Below, piece by piece: positions 24,420-33,960 of a stretch of DNA of 64,000 bases. The notes below the pieces were generated by a model. That model saw nothing but the letters and a program-made list of their open reading frames with translations, ran no database searches and was not told the DNA's origin. Position 1 is the stretch's first letter. Each line of letters starts with the position of its first letter. This stretch comes from an uncultured Verrucomicrobiota bacterium (GTDB lineage Bacteria > Verrucomicrobiota > Kiritimatiellia > JAAZAB01), in assembly GCA_964475405.1 (NCBI GenBank), contig CAYYWX010000003.1, positions 4,362-68,361 on the forward strand, given 5' to 3'. Position numbers and translations under genes: made by a program.

Positions 24420-25631
24420 TTACATCAATTGCCGGTTCAGCATCAGGATCGGCAACAGGATTGAAACGACCACCAGGAGGACGAAAAGTCCCACGGCCAG
24501 TATCAGGACCGGTTCAAACCAGGCCATGATCCTGGCCAGTTGCTGTTCCCACTGGTTCTGATACCGCTCCTCGGCGCTTTTCAGGACTTCCTCCAGCGCG
24601 CCGGTGCTTTCGCCGATTTCAATGATGCCGGCCAAAAGCGGTCCCAGCGGATAAATGCGTGCCACCGCCCCCGACAAGCTTGATCCGTTCCTGACCGCCT
24701 CGGCCTCGCGCTTGCATTGGGAATCCACCGCCCGGCTCCCGGTTGATTGTCCCGCCAGGTTTATGCATTCAACCAGCGGCACCCCGCCGTGCAGGAGGAG
24801 CGCCAGGGTCCGCGCGAAACGAAGAGCGGAAAGGGTTGCGTAGCATCTGCCGATGAGCGGGAGGACAAACAGTTTCCGGTCCAAGGCGATCTGGTATTCA
24901 ACCTTGCGCGAAACGGCGCGCCAGGCGAAAAAAATCAAGGCGCCGATGACGACCAGCAAGGCCGGACCGAACTTCGCGAAAATTTTACCCAGGGCAATCA
25001 TGAACCGGGTGATAAGCGGCAATGTGACGTTCATTTGCTCCGACATGACCTGCGTCAGGCGCGGCATGGCGAACCCGAGCAGTCCCACGGCAATCGCCAG
25101 CGCCAGGGCGATGATGATCGCCGGATAAATAAGCGCCGTTACGACTCTTTCGCGCAGTTTTGTTTCCTCATTCATGAAAGCGGCCAGATTTTTCAGCGCC
25201 CATTCCAGCTCGCCCGATTTTTCGCCGGCGGTAATGAAGGCCGTCTCGGCCGGATGAATCCCGCGGCCGCCGGCGGAAACCGCCTCCGCGAGCGAGCCGC
25301 CTTCCTTGATTTTGTCGCGGATCCCGGCCATGATCGTTTTCGTGGCGGCCAGGTCCGGCGAGCGGATCATGACGTCCAGCGCCGAGGAGAGCGGCAGTCC
25401 GGCGCGGAGCAGGGAAGCCATCTCGCCGTAGAAAACCGCGCGCCGGGAACGTGAAAAAGGATTGCGGAACATAATGTTTTCGCCGGCGGCGGATTGCGCC
25501 GGCGTGACTGTTTCGGCCAGGATTCCGCCGGCGGATAGCTTCTCGCGCGCCTGTTTTTTATCCAGGGCCTCGATCAGGCCCTTCCGGGTTTTGCCGGCCG
25601 CGTCATAGCCGCTGTATTCAAATGTTTTCAT
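24420..25631 (-). CDS. gspF: type II secretion system inner-membrane platform protein GspF
   Basis: MKTFEYSGYDAAGKTRKGLIEA at the N-terminus, two T2SSF domains and three TM segments. The listed ORF (to 25850) reads through the MITE-like insert, so the ATG at 25631 is preferred. Confidence 0.85.
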   Translation of the reverse strand: MKTFEYSGYDAAGKTRKGLIEALDKKQAREKLSAGGILAETVTPAQSAAGENIMFRNPFSRSRRAVFYGEMASLLRAGLPLSSALDVMIRSPDLAATKTIMAGIRDKIKEGGSLAEAVSAGGRGIHPAETAFITAGEKSGELEWALKNLAAFMNEETKLRERVVTALIYPAIIIALALAIAVGLLGFAMPRLTQVMSEQMNVTLPLITRFMIALGKIFAKFGPALLVVIGALIFFAWRAVSRKVEYQIALDRKLFVLPLIGRCYATLSALRFARTLALLLHGGVPLVECINLAGQSTGSRAVDSQCKREAEAVRNGSSLSGAVARIYPLGPLLAGIIEIGESTGALEEVLKSAEERYQNQWEQQLARIMAWFEPVLILAVGLFVLLVVVSILLPILMLNRQLM

Positions 25632-25661
25632 TCCAAGGCGGGCCATGCCCGCTACGTAATA

Positions 25662-25853
25662 GCAGTGCGAATTTCGTTTGAAAAAGCCTTCCTCCTTCGT
25701 CTCGCTACAGCGGACTTCGGAGGACAAGGCGTCGAACTCAGATCTAGTTTTTTCTCCGCCACCAGCGGATCCGCCCGTGGCGGAAAATCCCGCTTCCTCC
25801 GTCGCCGAAACGGCTATGGAGGACAAGGTCGCGGGAAGCGAAATTCGCACTGC
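25662..25853. repeat. 192-bp MITE-like element with 15-bp perfect terminal inverted repeats, inserted between gspE and gspF
   Basis: The terminal inverted repeats are GCAGTGCGAATTTCG (25662-25676) and CGAAATTCGCACTGC (25839-25853). There is an internal hairpin CCGCCAC...GTGGCGG, and the word GGAGGACAAGG occurs twice. Confidence 0.45.
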
Positions 25854-25984
25854 AGTCCATGCCGTCCAACCGCAGCGGTCGGACGGGGTAGGAATTATTT
25901 TTACCGTATATGTTTCAACTTCTCTTCAAAACTATCACATGCCTGCCCGGTCAAAGGTCAGATTCTTACCGGAACTATTTAATT

Positions 25985-27571
25985 TCAGTTTGCGCTCTGT
26001 CCGACCGCCCTCAGGATTTCAGACGGGGAAGTCTCGCCCGCCAGCAATTTTTCAACGGCGTCATCCATCAATGATTTTATGCCCTGCTTGGCGGCGATGC
26101 GGCGCAAAATGGCGGTGTTCGCGTGCTCGGTGCGGATTGCTTCCGCGATTTCGGCCGATATTTCCAGAAGTTCGAACAGCCCGCTACGTCCGCGGTAGCC
26201 GTCAAGGCAGTCCTTGCAGCCATTGGCGCTCCAGACCGGTTTCCCGGAAAGTTTCCCGGCCCAGGTTCCAAATGACGCCAATTCCGCCGGCGTTAATTTT
26301 GCCGGGATCCGGCAGGCCGGGCAGAGGCGGCGCACGAGGCGCTGGGCCATGGCCGCCCGCAGAGAGGCCGCGCAGAGATAGGGCGGGATGCCCATGTCGG
26401 TCATGCGCGTTACGGCGCTGGGCGCGTCATTGGTGTGGAGCGTGCTGAAAACCAGGTGGCCGGTCAGTGAGGCCCGGATGGCGATCTCCGCCGTTTCCAG
26501 GTCCCGGATTTCACCCACGAGGATCACATCGGGGTCCTGGCGCAGGATATGCCGCAGTCCGCTGGCGAACGTGAGGCCGATCTTCGGCTTGACCTGGATC
26601 TGGCCGATATCCGGCAGCTGGTATTCAATCGGGTCCTCAACCGTCAGGATGTTTATCCGGTTCTTGTCAAGCTGTTGCAAGGCCGCGTAAAGGGTGGTTG
26701 TTTTTCCGCTGCCGGTCGGACCGCAGACCAGGATGATGCCGTTGGGCTCCTTGATCAGGCGGTTGAATTTTTCCATCAATTCCGGCCCGAGCCCGAGGCC
26801 GGCCAGCGGCAGGAGGGTGGAGTTGCGGTCCAGGAGGCGCAGGACGACCCTTTCGCCCTCCGCAACCGGGACGGTGGAGATGCGGATATCTATTTCCCTT
26901 TTGCCGATCCGCACCCTGGCCACGCCGTCCTGGGGAAGGCGCTTTTCGGCGATATCCATGTGCGCCATCACTTTCAGGCGCGAGATGAGCGGCGACTCCA
27001 TGTGCTTTGGCGGAGCGGCCTGGTCGTAGAGCATGCCGTCAATCCGGTAACGTATTTTCAGGCGGGATTCGTAGGGCTCGATGTGCACGTCGGAGGCCCG
27101 GGCCTTGACCGCCTCAAGGAGGATAAGGTTGATAAGCTGGGTTACCGGCGCGTTCTCGGCCATCTGCAGGAGGTCGTCCGTCGGCCGCCTGGTGGTTTCG
27201 GTTTCCGGCGCCCGGTCGCCCATGTCGCGGATAAATTCGCTGGCGGTCTCCTTGCGGCTGAAGTAGCAGCGCTCAATGGCGTTCAGAATGGTTTCTTTCG
27301 CGGCGAGCAGCGGCGCCAACTCGCGGTTGAGCAGGAGCTGCAGCTGTTTCTGGGCGTTGATGTTTTTGGGGTCGGCCACCAGGACGCGGAAATTTCCATC
27401 CTGCCTGACCGGGAGCATCAGCTGGGCGCGCGCCCATTCAACCGGGAGCTCGGTCACCAGCGAAGAATCCAGCATGTCATCCGGGATATCGTTGATAATC
27501 TCCAGCTTGAACTGGCGCGCCAGATGCTGGAGAGGGTTGGTTTCGTTTGCTGAATTCTGGTTTGGATCCAT
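25985..27571 (-). CDS. gspE: type II secretion system ATPase GspE
   Basis: Walker A GPTGSGKTTTL, plus ILRQDPDVILVGEIRDLETA. The C-terminal tetracysteine motif is CPACRIP...CKDC. Confidence 0.9.
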   Translation of the reverse strand: MDPNQNSANETNPLQHLARQFKLEIINDIPDDMLDSSLVTELPVEWARAQLMLPVRQDGNFRVLVADPKNINAQKQLQLLLNRELAPLLAAKETILNAIERCYFSRKETASEFIRDMGDRAPETETTRRPTDDLLQMAENAPVTQLINLILLEAVKARASDVHIEPYESRLKIRYRIDGMLYDQAAPPKHMESPLISRLKVMAHMDIAEKRLPQDGVARVRIGKREIDIRISTVPVAEGERVVLRLLDRNSTLLPLAGLGLGPELMEKFNRLIKEPNGIILVCGPTGSGKTTTLYAALQQLDKNRINILTVEDPIEYQLPDIGQIQVKPKIGLTFASGLRHILRQDPDVILVGEIRDLETAEIAIRASLTGHLVFSTLHTNDAPSAVTRMTDMGIPPYLCAASLRAAMAQRLVRRLCPACRIPAKLTPAELASFGTWAGKLSGKPVWSANGCKDCLDGYRGRSGLFELLEISAEIAEAIRTEHANTAILRRIAAKQGIKSLMDDAVEKLLAGETSPSEILRAVGQSAN

Positions 27572-27594
27572 CTGACATTTCCGTCTAAATCCGC

Positions 27595-29679
27595 CTATTC
27601 CTCGTCAACCGGCTTCATCGGCTTCAGGCCTTCCAGGACGGTGCGCGAGGTGATGTCCTGGTTGAGTTCCGCCCTTTTGAGGGCGTTGGTGCTTGAATGC
27701 GGGGTGACAAAAATAAGCAGGTTCGTGCGCTCAACGGCTTCGGTGGTGTGGCGGAATAAAAATCCGATGAGCGGGATTGAGCCGAGAATGGGAATCCGTG
27801 TCGTCTGGCTGACGTTATCCTCGCGGATCAAGCCGCTGATAATAACCGTGTCGCCGGCGGGCACGGTGATCACGGTGGTTACCTCGCGCTTCGCGATTGT
27901 CGGCGTGAACGGCTTGCCGCCGGTTGACTGCTCGATAATCGCCTCAAGGCACGGGTTGAGCTTCATCAATATCTCGTTGTTCGGGTTGACGTGCGGGGTC
28001 ACGGTCAGCTTGATGCCCACGTCAACGCGGTCTATGTTTTCAATATAATCGCGCGCCGTGCCGGCCCCGGCCGAGACGGTTGATTTCAGGAGCGGGATGT
28101 TCTTGCCGATGTTGACCGTGGCCTGCTGGTTGTTCTGCGTCCAGAGCGGCAAGTTGGAAAGAATTTTCATCTTGCCCTTCGATTGGAGGGCGACAATGTT
28201 CAGGAGCGCCGGAATGCGCGGCACGACGTTGCCGTTTGCATCCACGTAACTGCCCTTGGCAATGCCGAAAGTCAGGCCCTTCGGCACGACGCCCGCCACC
28301 ACCTTGGACATGAGATCGCTGTCGCTTTCAGTCGGATTCATGCCGCCGAGCGCGACGGTCGAACCCTCGGCCGGAGAGCCGGCCGCGAGGAATTCGGCGC
28401 CAAGTTCCTTGCCCTTGGCCAGGGTCAGCTCGGCGAATATCACCTCAATCAGGACCTGCTGGGGGGCCATGTCAAGCTGCTCAATGAGCTGCTTGACCAT
28501 TTCAAAATCCTGCGGGGCGGCGTCGATCATCAGCGCATTGTTGGCCATGCTCGCTTCGATCGCGATGGTCTGGTTCTGGGGTTTGTCAACCCCGCGTGCC
28601 AGGAGCGTGGTCAGGCTTTTGGCCGCCTCGTCCGCCGCGAGGTATTTCAACGGAATGGCCTTCAGGTGCCCGTGTCCCGATTTTGGCTCAACATCCATGC
28701 TGGCGATAATGAGTTTTATATCGGCCAGCTGGCCCGGCGTGCCGACCAGGATCAGGCTGTTGGAGTGGGGGGCGGCCACGACCAGCGCGCCGGAAGGGAC
28801 CGGCGTGTTACCGGAGGAATCTGTTGGTTGGGGGAGGCGTTGCCTGATCCGGTCGCCGGCGGTCTCAAGCTTGCCGGCGGAAGAGCCGGTCATGGCCTGG
28901 TTGAGTTCATTGGCTATTTCCGCGGCGGTGGCGTATTTGAGGCGGTAAACTTCAATGACGCGCGACATGCCCGCTTTGTCAATCTGGGCGATGACCTGCT
29001 CGATCCGGCGCAGGTTTTCCGACGTGTCGGTTATAATCAGGTGGTTTGTGCTTTCAAGGATGCCGATCGCGCCTGTTTTGCCCTGGCCGACCATCGGTTC
29101 CAGGATCTTTTTCACCTCTGAGGCGTTAAGATTGTTGATCCGGAACACCTTGGTGATCACGCCGCTCTGCACGGATTTGTCATCGGCGCCGACCACCGGC
29201 GCGACCGGCGTCAACCGCCGCTCGCGGGTGACAATGCGGAAAATTCCATCCTGTTCCACCACGCCGCATCCGCTCGCCTCCATGATTGAAAGAAACAGCG
29301 GGTAAACTTCGTTGATCGGAATTTGCGGCGGGGTTATCACCGTGACCTTGCCGTCGATTTCCTTGTCAATGACAAATTTCTTGCCGGTCAGGTCGCCGAC
29401 CAGCTTGACCAGGAACTTGATTTCAACCTGGTCGAAATTGAAATTGACGAACGTGCCCGGCTGCCCGGCCGGCATTGCCGCCGGCGCGGCGTTGGAAGGC
29501 GTCGGCGGCGGAAGAGCGGCCGGGCGAAACGGAATATTCGCGGGTTGGACGGGCGGTGAGGCCGGGGCGATATTTGCCGGTGCCGACAGGTTGGTCTGCG
29601 CCGCGCATGGCGCGGCCAGCAAAACCAGCGCGACAAGACAGCCGGGAATCCGGATTGGAAATTGAGGGCAGATAATCAT
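27595..29679 (-). CDS. gspD: type II secretion system secretin GspD
   Basis: It has a signal peptide, N0-N3 style repeats and the secretin C-domain (VTTVITVPAGDTVIISGLIRED...RIPILGSIPLIGFLFR). Confidence 0.9.
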   Translation of the reverse strand: MIICPQFPIRIPGCLVALVLLAAPCAAQTNLSAPANIAPASPPVQPANIPFRPAALPPPTPSNAAPAAMPAGQPGTFVNFNFDQVEIKFLVKLVGDLTGKKFVIDKEIDGKVTVITPPQIPINEVYPLFLSIMEASGCGVVEQDGIFRIVTRERRLTPVAPVVGADDKSVQSGVITKVFRINNLNASEVKKILEPMVGQGKTGAIGILESTNHLIITDTSENLRRIEQVIAQIDKAGMSRVIEVYRLKYATAAEIANELNQAMTGSSAGKLETAGDRIRQRLPQPTDSSGNTPVPSGALVVAAPHSNSLILVGTPGQLADIKLIIASMDVEPKSGHGHLKAIPLKYLAADEAAKSLTTLLARGVDKPQNQTIAIEASMANNALMIDAAPQDFEMVKQLIEQLDMAPQQVLIEVIFAELTLAKGKELGAEFLAAGSPAEGSTVALGGMNPTESDSDLMSKVVAGVVPKGLTFGIAKGSYVDANGNVVPRIPALLNIVALQSKGKMKILSNLPLWTQNNQQATVNIGKNIPLLKSTVSAGAGTARDYIENIDRVDVGIKLTVTPHVNPNNEILMKLNPCLEAIIEQSTGGKPFTPTIAKREVTTVITVPAGDTVIISGLIREDNVSQTTRIPILGSIPLIGFLFRHTTEAVERTNLLIFVTPHSSTNALKRAELNQDITSRTVLEGLKPMKPVDEE

Positions 29680-29742
29680 TGTTTTTGTAATTTATGCCCC
29701 TTTTCGGCGGCTCAGTCAACATGAAACAAAAACCGATTTTCC

Positions 29743-30516
29743 TCAGCGGGCGATGCCCCGTTCGGACGAGGCGATGAAGGCGGTCAGGTGTTCCAGTTCG
29801 GGGCAGGATGGAAGCTCGGCTTTTATTTTTGCAAGGGCCTGGTGAACGGTCAGGTTCTGGCGGAAGATTATCCGATGGGCTTTCTTCAGGATTTCCTGTG
29901 ACGCTTCGGGCACCTTGTGCCGGCGCATCCCCTCGGTGTTCAATCCGTGGATCGTGGCCGGGTTGCCGTCCGCCATCATGTAGGGGGGGATATCCTGCGT
30001 CGCCTTGGAGCAGGCGCCGAAGAAGCACATGCGCCCGACGCGCACGAACTGGTGCACCCCGCCCATGCCGCCGATCACGGCGAAGTCCTCCACGATCACA
30101 TGCCCGGCCAGGGTGCCGGCGTTGGAAATGATCACATTATTGCCGACGATGCACTGATGCGCCACGTGCGAATAGGCCATGATATGACAGCGCGCGCCGA
30201 CGCGCGTGACGTCGCCCTCGTTCGTGCCGGAGTTGACCGTGACGTATTCGCGCAGGGTTGTGTTCTCGCCGATTTCGACAAAGGTCACCCCGCCTTTGTA
30301 TTTCAGGTCCTGGGTCTGGGAGCCGATGCAGGCAAAGGGGAAAATCGCGCAATTGGGGCCGATGGTCGTCCAGCCGTCGAGATAAACATGGCCCATGATC
30401 CGGGCGCCTTTGCCGATTTTGACATGCGCGCCGACAATGGAATAGGGGCCGACCTGCACGTTTTCGTCAAGCTCGGCGCCGGCGGCAATTATGGCTGTGG
30501 GGTGAATATCGGTCAT
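29743..30516 (-). CDS. lpxA: acyl-ACP--UDP-N-acetylglucosamine O-acyltransferase
   Basis: 257 aa with a left-handed beta-helix of hexapeptide repeats (IHPTAIIAAGAELDENVQVGPYSIVG...) and a helical C-terminal domain. It overlaps the fabZ stop. Confidence 0.9.
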   Translation of the reverse strand: MTDIHPTAIIAAGAELDENVQVGPYSIVGAHVKIGKGARIMGHVYLDGWTTIGPNCAIFPFACIGSQTQDLKYKGGVTFVEIGENTTLREYVTVNSGTNEGDVTRVGARCHIMAYSHVAHQCIVGNNVIISNAGTLAGHVIVEDFAVIGGMGGVHQFVRVGRMCFFGACSKATQDIPPYMMADGNPATIHGLNTEGMRRHKVPEASQEILKKAHRIIFRQNLTVHQALAKIKAELPSCPELEHLTAFIASSERGIAR

Positions 30517-30959
30517 GAGAGCATTTTATCGTTGGTCAGCATGAAGAGCAATTCGGCCTCGGCCGCCAGCTGGCCGTCAACCATGACTTTGCCGCGGATT
30601 TTCAGGATCCGGGAACGGCGGGTGAGTATTTCCACCTCGATGCGCATCTGGTCGCCCGGGACAATCGCCTTGCGGAATTTGGCCCGGTCAATCGCCATGA
30701 AAAGCGGGATGTAACTGCGTTCGCCCGTCACCCGGCTGAGCAATATCCCGCCGGCCTGGGCCATGGCTTCCAGCTGGAGAACTCCCGGCATGATCGGCGC
30801 GTTCGGGAAATGGCCTTCAAAAAAAGGCTCGTTGATGGTTACATTTTTGACGGCGACGATCCGGGTTTTGTCGTCGCATTCAAGAACACGGTCAATCAGC
30901 AGCATCGGATAACGGTGCGGCAGAATACTCATCACTTCCTTTATCTCAATGGTCGGCAT
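30513..30959 (-). CDS. fabZ: 3-hydroxyacyl-ACP dehydratase FabZ
   Basis: Motifs [13 protein letters not shown] and [23 protein letters not shown]. Confidence 0.9.
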   Translation of the reverse strand: MPTIEIKEVMSILPHRYPMLLIDRVLECDDKTRIVAVKNVTINEPFFEGHFPNAPIMPGVLQLEAMAQAGGILLSRVTGERSYIPLFMAIDRAKFRKAIVPGDQMRIEVEILTRRSRILKIRGKVMVDGQLAAEAELLFMLTNDKMLS

Positions 30960-31103
30960 GGCATGTACTCCTGTTTTTCTCCGAAATTTTGTTCATCTCT
31001 CCGATTCCGGTAAAGTTGTTTTATACCATTATGTTTTAGCGGCGTAAATTAAAAAAATGATTTAATAATCTTTTCGTTTATTTATCGCGGGAAACTGATA
31101 TAA

Positions 31104-32423
31104 ATGCGGACGATCAGAGATGTGAAGCCGAGGGGTCTCAATTTGAAGGAAAAATACGCTCTATTATTAAACGGACTCGCGCATCGCCTGGCGTTGCTCT
31201 GGCTGATCGTGCGCGAATCGGTCAAGGCTTTTGTCCTGGACATCAATTTTGAGATTGCCGCGACCCTGACCTACTACGGGTTTCTTTCGCTCATGCCTTT
31301 CCTGCTGATGGTTTTCTTCCTACTGGGCCTGTTCATGCGGTCCTCGGAAGGCATCCTCGCGGCGGTAAGCGGGATGCTGAACTCGTTTTTTCCGGCCTTC
31401 ACCGGCGGCATCCTGGACGAGTTGATCGGGCTGTCGCGCCAGAAGACCTGGGGGTTGATCGGTATTGTCCTCCTGCTCTGGTCGGTTGTGCCATTTGCCG
31501 GGACAATCCGCTTCGCCATGGCGCGCATTTTCAGGACGGAGCGCAAGTTTAATTTCATGGTCAGCAAGCTCTTCGACATGGCGGCGGTGGTCGCGCTGCT
31601 CTCGCTTTTTATCATGCTGGTGGCGGGCAAAATATTCTACGCGCTTGAGGCCGACACGGTCTCGGCGCGCATGGGGGCGGTGTTCCCCGTCTTTAATTTC
31701 ATTGTCGCGCCAGTGCTGGTCGTGGCCGGCCTGGCGTTTTTTTACCTGGTGTTCTGTCCGGTCCGTCCTCGATTTTTTGAAATCATAAGCGGCGCGCTTA
31801 CGGCCGCCGTCCTCCTGGCCGTCATCCGCCCGCTCTTCGGCCTTTTCCTGAAATTCAATCCCGGCTACGGGTACGCTTTCGGCTCGCTCAAGACCATATT
31901 TCTGATCCTGATCTGGATTTATTACACCTTTGTCATCATCCTGCTCGGCGCGGTGGTGATCGGCGTGATCCGCCGCCGCGAGGCGCTTCTCCTGAAGGGG
32001 CTTTTTCACGGGGCGCATACCGGCAAGAACATGCTGTCGCGCGTTTTATTGAACAAGCTCATCAAGGAATACCAGCCGGGCGAGAATGTTTTTGTCGAGA
32101 GCGAGCCGGGCGACGAGATGTATTTTGTATTTGACGGCCAGGTTGATTTGCTCAAGTCCGGCCGCCTGCTGAAACGGGTCGGTTCGGGGGAATATTTCGG
32201 CGAAATGTCCATGCTGATCAACACCCCGCGCACGGCCACGGCGACGGTGGTTGCCGACGACACCCAGTTGATCGCGGTCAAGGCCAACAACTTCGAGGCG
32301 ATCATGAGGGAGAATCCGGACATTGTCCTGGCGCTCCTGAAGGAAATGGCCGAGCGCCTGAAATCCACCAATGTCGCCCTGACCGCCAGCGCCGCGCCCG
32401 CGGGCTGGAAAAAAGACTCATGA
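31104..32423 (+). CDS. YihY/BrkB family membrane protein fused to a C-terminal cyclic-nucleotide-binding domain
   Basis: About 300 aa of polytopic YihY-like region, followed by a cNMP-binding fold (VFVESEPGDEMYFVFDGQVDL...GEYFGEMSMLINTPRTATATVV). Confidence 0.7.
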   Translation: MRTIRDVKPRGLNLKEKYALLLNGLAHRLALLWLIVRESVKAFVLDINFEIAATLTYYGFLSLMPFLLMVFFLLGLFMRSSEGILAAVSGMLNSFFPAFTGGILDELIGLSRQKTWGLIGIVLLLWSVVPFAGTIRFAMARIFRTERKFNFMVSKLFDMAAVVALLSLFIMLVAGKIFYALEADTVSARMGAVFPVFNFIVAPVLVVAGLAFFYLVFCPVRPRFFEIISGALTAAVLLAVIRPLFGLFLKFNPGYGYAFGSLKTIFLILIWIYYTFVIILLGAVVIGVIRRREALLLKGLFHGAHTGKNMLSRVLLNKLIKEYQPGENVFVESEPGDEMYFVFDGQVDLLKSGRLLKRVGSGEYFGEMSMLINTPRTATATVVADDTQLIAVKANNFEAIMRENPDIVLALLKEMAERLKSTNVALTASAAPAGWKKDS

Positions 32424-32738
32424 TTTTTTTGATTTGTCCCGCGCATTTGTGTATAAGGAAAAAGGTGGATAGGTTGTAGGTGTTTAGCCTGTAGGTTTTT
32501 TTTAGAATCTGGATTGTTCTGAATTTGAAAATTACAAACCTGTCCGCAATGCTTCGTATAGCGCTGTAGGCGGGGCGACAATCTCCGCCTCATGCGGATC
32601 GGCCTGGGTTGAAAAACCTATCAGTCTTCAGCCTACAGCCTAAATAACCTGATATTATGGAGAGGTGGCAGCCTGTCCGGCGTAGCCTAAAGGGCGAAGA
32701 CGGAAGTGGCTTGCCGCGATGACGACTCGTAACGAAGT

Positions 32739-32777
32739 GGAGAGGTGGCAGAGTGGACTATCGCGGCGGTCTTGAAA
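32739..32777 (+). repeat. attL: 39-bp copy of the 5-prime half of tRNA-Ser(UGA), a truncated tRNA
   Basis: GGAGAGGTGGCAGAGTGGACTATCGCGGCGGTCTTGAAA is identical to 43257-43295. The sequences diverge immediately afterwards. Confidence 0.85.
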
Positions 32778-33003
32778 TTCGCCCTTCATGTTTTTGTAAA
32801 TTGTTAATATTCATGTTATTACATGATTGAAAATTACTTACAGAAAAATCAATTTATTCCATGAGTAACCATAGGTCACCTTAAACACGCCGCGCCGGTG
32901 ACAAGTGGTGACAATTAATTATTACATGATGACTTCACTCTGCCGGCAATCATCCATGTCCAAATAAATATCCAGCGGATTGCTCAATGTGGCATCCTAG
33001 GGG

Positions 33004-33297
33004 TCAAAAACCGGCTATCTCGGCCGGGGCATGATAATACACGGCTGGGATGCGATAGGGGCTGAAACACCCGAGTACACGGCAGGCTGGACACAAGGAT
33101 GGGCCTTCCTTCAACACATTGCGGACGGTCTTGGTCGCCGGGTAGGATTTGCCGTCCTTGCCCGTGCGGGTGGTTGAGGTGGTAACTGTTACCACCTGTT
33201 CTTTGCGGATTTCGCTGACATAAGGATGGGTTACCCCGCACATGTCCGCAATCGCCCGGTCACTCATCACGGCAAATTCCTTCAACGCGATTTCCAC
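33004..33297 (-). CDS. hypothetical protein with a possible HTH (island cargo)
   Basis: 97 aa. The segment SDRAIADMCGVTHPYVSEIRK looks like a helix-turn-helix. No further support. Confidence 0.4.
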   Translation of the reverse strand: MEIALKEFAVMSDRAIADMCGVTHPYVSEIRKEQVVTVTTSTTRTGKDGKSYPATKTVRNVLKEGPSLCPACRVLGCFSPYRIPAVYYHAPAEIAGF

Positions 33298-33423
33298 GCA
33301 CCGGCGTTTGTCGGCATTGCTCCGGCGGTCAGTGGTTTAACAATTAACGCGCTGTAATGCCTCAATTTCGCGGCTGGTTGGGCTGCGGCGGGTCAAACGG
33401 CCTGTTTCTGCATAACCCTTCAC

Positions 33424-33960
33424 TTATGCCTTGCCGATGGTGGCGGTCGTTGCGCCTCGGAATAGGCTATTGATCTTCTCAACTTGCTCCCTGGCATAAT
33501 ACCACGCCCAGCGTTCAACCAAAGCCGCGCCTTCCTCTGGCGTTGCCGTCCATACAACCGGCACGGAATAGCGGACCTCCCAGGCGGCGAGGCTTCCAAG
33601 GACGGCCGCCGGGGTGATCTTGCTTTGATAGTCCCCGCGTTTTACTCTTTCCCGCTGGCCGATGATGAGCAGGCGCTTGAAGTCAAACCCGCGTAGCCGG
33701 TGCAACTCGTTTTCAAATCTCTCGCGGTTCGATGATGCACAACAAGAAACAAGGTCATTGATGCTCTTACGTTCCACGGCGAAGGCGCCTTCAAATCCGC
33801 TGACGGAATAGTCGCCGCTGTATAGCCCGGCCCGGATAACTGGCAACCGCGTTATCGGCAATGGCATTTGTTCTCTGCTATCGATTATTAAGGTCGGCCT
33901 GCGCTCGGCCAGGTCGCCAAGATGACGGAGTGCGGGCAGGTTTGGAAGCGGGGCGTTCAT
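33424..33960 (-). CDS. stand-alone ERCC4-type (XPF/Mus81/Hef-like) nuclease domain protein
   Basis: LIIDSREQ...SGDYSV...AVERKSINDLVS...RERFENELHRL...LLIIG matches the ERCC4 signature (D-x-RE, GDY, ERK-x3-D). Confidence 0.65.
   Translation of the reverse strand: MNAPLPNLPALRHLGDLAERRPTLIIDSREQMPLPITRLPVIRAGLYSGDYSVSGFEGAFAVERKSINDLVSCCASSNRERFENELHRLRGFDFKRLLIIGQRERVKRGDYQSKITPAAVLGSLAAWEVRYSVPVVWTATPEEGAALVERWAWYYAREQVEKINSLFRGATTATIGKA

Noticed and set aside
25632-25850. N-terminal 73-codon extension of the gspF ORF, and the plus-strand ORF 25678..26448
   Set aside because: The extension reads through the MITE-like repeat and has low-complexity composition. GspF homology begins at the MKTFEYSGYDAAGK start at 25631. 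The plus-strand ORF is antisense to gspE.
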